Positions 60,901 to 64,000 of a stretch of 64,000 bases of DNA are shown here, piece after piece. The DNA is from Convolutriloba macropyga (lineage: Eukaryota): the NCBI RefSeq assembly GCF_964194025.1, contig NC_134468.1, positions 42,594,001 to 42,658,000 on the forward strand, written 5' to 3'. The notes beneath the pieces are model-generated. The model saw only the letters and a program-made list of their open reading frames with translations, did not search any database and was not told where the DNA came from. The first letter of the stretch is position 1. Each line of letters opens with the position of its first letter. A program made the position numbers and the translations under genes.

Positions 60901-63900
60901 ATTTTTCCGAAGAATCCCTCCAACTGTTCCAAACATTACCGCAGTCAGTTTGATGTGACAATAAATAAAATAAATAAGAGTTTTATCATCTCACAATTAG
61001 CGTTTTGCTTTTGAAAAAAAAGCAGTTCTCGTCTGTGTAATAATTTTGAAGTTTTTGTCCACGTGTTGTTTTCTTTATTGTTGTGTTTTCCTTTTATGGT
61101 TTACCGGTTCGCTTCAAGTTTATTGAAAATGATTTGAAACTCAAAAAAAAATTCAACAGTTTTCAGAACAAATAATTCCAATTTCTCATTTGTTTCAGTC
61201 TACAAATGAGACATCTTGAACGACAATTTAAAATCTTTCTATCACTGTAGTTCTTCAGGGAACAAAGAGCGCTATTTTTCTTCTGACCTATCAAATGCAT
61301 GTGCATAACTATGAGCAATGTTTACGTAAAAGTGTGCTTCTTCCACGATCAATTTTTTTCTTTGAATTTTTTTTGCAGGGGTTCGATCCCTATGGCACAT
61401 TACGGATCCGCCTTCTGGAGATTACGCCTTTCATAAGATTTAAAGTAAAGTAGCGACAAAGAGTTCGGAAGTAAACTAGAGTCTGATGTCAAATTTGTCT
61501 TGACAATAGAAGCCAACTCTTCCAAGTTCTGCAACCTTCCATGTTTTACTCTACTTTTCTCGCCTTGAAACAATCTAGCCGAACGTTTTGCTGAGGACGC
61601 TATCATCGGAAACCTTTCGACAACTTTAAAGTGAAAAGGCAATGCCCTCGTGCCTCTGTTTAACCGTCAATTACAATGGAGCCGATCGATTTCCAATCAG
61701 AAGATATAACCAAGTTCCATTCCACGTAAAAATTTGTATAAAGTATAATTCCAGCGTACTAAACAAGATTTCGAGGTATTGTTCACAGATTAACTGACTT
61801 TTAAAGGCCGAAGGGAACGTATCTTATTCTATAAGTATTATTTTTTTCCAAAGAATCCCTCCAACTGTTGCAAACATTACCGTGGACAGTTTGATGTGAC
61901 AATGAAAAAAAATAAGAGTTTTATTATCTCACAATTAGCGTTTTGCTTTTGAAAAAAAATCACTTCTCGTCTGTCTAATATTTTTGAAATTTTTTGTCCA
62001 AGTGTTGTTTTCTTTATTGTTGTGTTTTCCTTTTATGGTTTACCGGTTCGCTTCAAGTTTATTGAAAATGATTTGAAACTCAAAAAAAAATTCAACAGTT
62101 TTCAGAACAAATAATTCCAATTTCTCATTTTTTTCAGGCTACAAATGAGATATGTTGAACGTCAATTTGAAATCACTCTACTACTGTAGTTTTTCAGGGA
62201 AAAAAGAGTGCTATTATTCTTCTGACCTATCACATGCAGGTGCATAGCTATGTGCAATGTGTACGTAAACGTGTGCTTCTTCCACGATCAATTTTTTTCT
62301 TTGAAATTTTTTGCAGGGGTTCGATCCCTATGGCACATTACGGATCCGCCTTCTGGAGATTTCTTCTTCCATAAGGTTTAAAGAAAAGTAGCGATAAAGA
62401 GTTCGGAAGTAAACTAGAGTCTGATGTCATGTTTGTCTTGACAATAGAATCCAACTTTTCAAGTTCTGCAACCTTCCATATTTTATTGTAATTTTCTCGC
62501 CGTCAAACAATCTATCTCTACGTTCTGCTGAGGACGCTATCTTCGGAACCATTTCGGCAACTTTAAAATGAAAAGGCAATGCCCTTGTGCCTCTGTTTAA
62601 CCGTCAATTACAATGGAGCCTACCGATTTCCAATCAGAAGATATAACCGAGTTCCATTCCACGTAAAAATTTGTATAAAATATGCTTCCAGCGTAATTAA
62701 AAAAAAGTTTTGGAGTTTTTGTTTACAGATTAACTGACTTTTAAAGGCCGAAGGAAACGTTTTTTATTCTATGAGTATTATTTTTGCGAAGAATCCCTCC
62801 AACTGTTCCAAACATTACCGCAGTCAGTTTGATGTGACAATAAATAAAACAAATAAGAGTTTTGTCATCTCACAATTAGCGTTTTGCTTTTGAAAAAAGA
62901 AACACTTCTCGTCTGTCTAATAATTTTGAAGTTTTTGCCCACTTGTTGTTTTCTTTATTGTTGTGTTTTCCTTTTATAGTTTACCGGTTCGCTTCAAGTT
63001 TATTGAAAATGATTTGAAACTCAAAAAATTTCAACAAATTTCAGAACAAACATTTCCAATTTCATTTTTTTCAGGCTTCAAATGAGACATCTCGAACTTC
63101 AATTTCAAATCACTCTACTACTCTAGTTTTTCAGGGAAAAAAGAGCGCTATAACTCTTCTGACCTATCATATGCAGATGTATAACTTTTGCATTGTGTAC
63201 GTAAAATTGTGCTTCTTCCATGATCATTTTTTTTCTTTGAATTTTTTTTTGCAGGGGTTTAATCCCTATGCAACATTACGGATCCGCTTTCTGGACATTA
63301 CGCCTTTCATAAGATTTAAGGTAAAGTAACGATAAAAGTTCGCAAGCAGTTTAGATTACCGTGCAAACATTACCGTGGACATTTGATGTGACACTAAACG
63401 AGAATTTTTTAATCTCATAATTAGCGTTTTGCTTTCGAATGAAAAAGTTCAGTTCTCTTCTGTCTAATAATTTTGAAGTTTTTGTTCAAATGTTGCTTTC
63501 TTTATTGTTGTGTTTTCCTTTTATGGTTTACCGGTTTGCTTCAAGTTTATTGAAAAAGATTTGAAACTCAAAAAATTTCAACAATTTTCAGAACAAATAA
63601 TTCCAATTTCTCATTTTTTTCAGGCTACAAATGAGACATGGTGAACGTCAATTTGAAATCACTCTACTACTGTAGTTTTTCAGAGAATAAAGAGCGCTAT
63701 AATTGTTCTGAACTATCATATGCAGGTGCATAACTATGAGCAATGTTTACGTAAAAGTGTGCTTCTTCCACGATCAGTTTTTTTCTTTGAAATTTTTTTG
63801 CAGGGGTTCGATCCCCATGGCACATTACGGATCCGCCTTCTGGAGATTACGCCTTTCATGAGACTTAAAGAAAAGTAGCGATAAAGAGTTCGGAAGCAGA

Positions 63901-64000
63901 CTAGATTCTGATAACATGTTTGTATTGACAATAGAAGCCAGCTCTTTCAAGTTCTGCAACCTTCCATAATCTACTCTACTTTTCTCGCCGTCAAACAATC
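57990..64000. repeat. Tandem satellite, ~935-bp unit, >6 units, runs off right edge
   Basis: AACATTACCG at ~58137, 59064, 59997, 60932, 61874, 62812 (spacing ~927-942), then a truncated unit (63367); one GGATCC per unit. Confidence 0.92.

Overview
AT-rich animal (invertebrate-like) genomic DNA with spliceosomal introns; the species cannot be determined from the sequence. Host genes: intronless CEP78 (12548-14899), 5-exon seipin/BSCL2 (15876-20721), a TFIIIA-like C2H2 protein (24131-25345) and a minus-strand CHST/Sulfotransfer_2 sulfotransferase. The sulfotransferase has two coding exons (56364-55770, 32004-31397) split by one ~23.8-kb intron. That intron holds a full-length but decayed 17.0-kb Polinton/Maverick (adintovirus-like) element at 38512-55525, with AGTAGT...ACTACT ends and a perfect ACCTTT target-site duplication. 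It encodes pPolB, rve integrase, major and minor capsid proteins, protease and ATPases. Unusual features of the element: (i) each ~125-bp TIR is itself a long hairpin, and a solo hairpin with similar ends and a degenerate 6-bp TSD lies 1.8 kb away; (ii) a ~25-bp double GNA-triloop mini-hairpin motif with covarying stems is scattered through it, including in frame inside genes; (iii) the protease is fused to an A32-type ATPase, and a second, apparently membrane-anchored A32-like ATPase is encoded divergently; (iv) a hydrophobic protein starts with tandem PTAP + LYPDL late-domain-like motifs. The rest of the window is a 4.9-kb tandem duplication of satellite + CR1/L2-like LINE, a Penelope relic, MULE relics, two near-identical Helentron-type (HINE) elements bracketing the sulfotransferase last exon, and a ~935-bp satellite at the right end.
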